DNA of 64,000 nucleotides from Owenia fusiformis (taxonomy: Eukaryota): contig CAIIXF020000001.1 in NCBI GenBank assembly GCA_903813345.2, positions 17,484,001-17,548,000 on the forward strand. Direction: 5' to 3'. The first letter of the stretch is position 1. Every line of letters starts with the position of its first letter. Below are positions 62,761 through 64,000 of this stretch, piece by piece. Under the pieces are notes generated by a model. The model was not told where the DNA came from. It searched no databases and saw nothing but the letters and a program-made list of their open reading frames with translations. The position numbers and the translations under genes are program-made.

Positions 62761-64000
62761 GCTGTCCATTTCTCCGTTGAAGAGCCATAAGTTTCAAAAT
62801 CTAACATGGCTCTCGAAGTGAGTAAAGCTTCTACAGTTTGGAACAAAAATAATGACACATGGATTTGCTGAAGTGAGGATTTCCCATGTTAAAAATAAGA
62901 GAATTTTCAAAAGGTCATACATCAGTGGATGAGAGTATGTAATATATATTATTTATATATAATATTTGAGACTATAGGGCTTTCAAAACACCATGGTTTT
63001 GATATGGTGATATAAAATCCACCTGTCATTTATTTTGTTCCAAACTGTATATAGAGTAGATTTCATGGCCTGACTTCGTCGGTAGAACTTGAAAAATAAG
63101 ATTTATCTGAAGATAAGGAGTCTTACTTACCCTCTAGAGGTTAGAACACACATTTTAATGAAACCATATCAGCTATGTTTTGTTCATGATGAAGCATAAG
63201 CACAGTACTTGATTGAAATTTGTGTTAATGCTTTTTTTCCTCGTGTTTACTTCCGGGACGGCTTTGCCTCTATCACGAAATACTGTATTGACCTTGAAGT
63301 TTAATTTTGTGACATATCATCCAACCATGTCTGATATAAAAATAATTAAAATATTTGAAAATAATGTTTTGTGGTCTGAATGAAATGATGCGTGGAAAGT
63401 ATGAATGGGTTGTCTGCTGTATTAGTCTATTAATATTCTAGGACCTGTTTGTGATGCTTTATAATTTAGACCAAAGTGTAGACGAATACACGCATGTGTA
63501 AATTATAAAATCAACGAACAAAGATTCAATTTTCACAAATATTCGGTAATTTATCGTACTGAAACTTCTAGGAAATCATTCATTTTCACGATCCATAATT
63601 TACCTACCTCTTGGATATAGCCTTTTCCAATGGCCATGATGATATCATGGCTAGTAGGACTAGGGACATCTTGAAGTCTACTTGGATATTGTGTACCCTG
63701 CGTGCAGAGTCTAGTTAAACTACACTCTGCCTAGTAGAGACTATATTACAGTTTAGTAGCCCCACCCCCACGACGGGTACCGGTGACAGTTTGGGTAATA
63801 AATCACTTTTGACCTACGCGCTGACCTTTCTTCCACCAATCAGCGAGCTTGAAGAAACATACGCCAAATGCATTCTAATTAAATATGCACATGTCATTGG
63901 TCAATTCCGGGCTCAATGACGACGTCAGAAGGACTGACCATATATAGAACGTCGGTCAAATTTGGCCGACGAACACTGATTGGCGCGGTGAGTTCACAGG

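Noticed and set aside
63660-64000. CpG-richer segment with CCAAT boxes as the SPAG1 promoter
   Set aside because: Cannot be distinguished from a transposon interior at the window edge, and no linked first exon was identified.

Overview
AT-rich, intron-rich eukaryotic genomic DNA from an invertebrate animal (a lophotrochozoan such as a mollusc is my inference from the repeat families and intron sizes, not proven). I assembled five complete spliced genes by hand, with GT-AG sites and consistent phases: MTERF3 (+, 414 aa), EEF1D (-, 271 aa), CHRAC1 (+, 112 aa), SPAG1 (-, 20 coding exons, 1038 aa), and a 243-aa protein (-) with an N-myristoylation motif. The C-terminus of that last protein resembles vertebrate cystin-1, and its upstream region carries a cluster of RFX X-box-like motifs. 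The window also holds the first coding exon of NUP42/NUPL2 (-) and a truncated LINE reverse transcriptase. NUP42/MTERF3 and EEF1D/CHRAC1 are head-to-head pairs. Introns and intergenic DNA are packed with non-autonomous DNA transposons (Tc1/mariner, PIF/Harbinger, Kolobok, MULE, P/hAT-type, Transib-like, Helitron/Helentron), several of them nested. Top observations: (1) a candidate invertebrate cystin-like ciliary gene next to SPAG1; (2) a Kolobok-type element carrying a tRNA-like Pol III cassette; (3) an inverted U2 snRNA fragment fused to a retroposon tail inside a 13-bp TSD; (4) a 3'UTR minisatellite derived from the last codons and stop of the cystin-like gene; (5) an antisense three-exon gene fragment with an in-frame TGA inside an MTERF3 intron.
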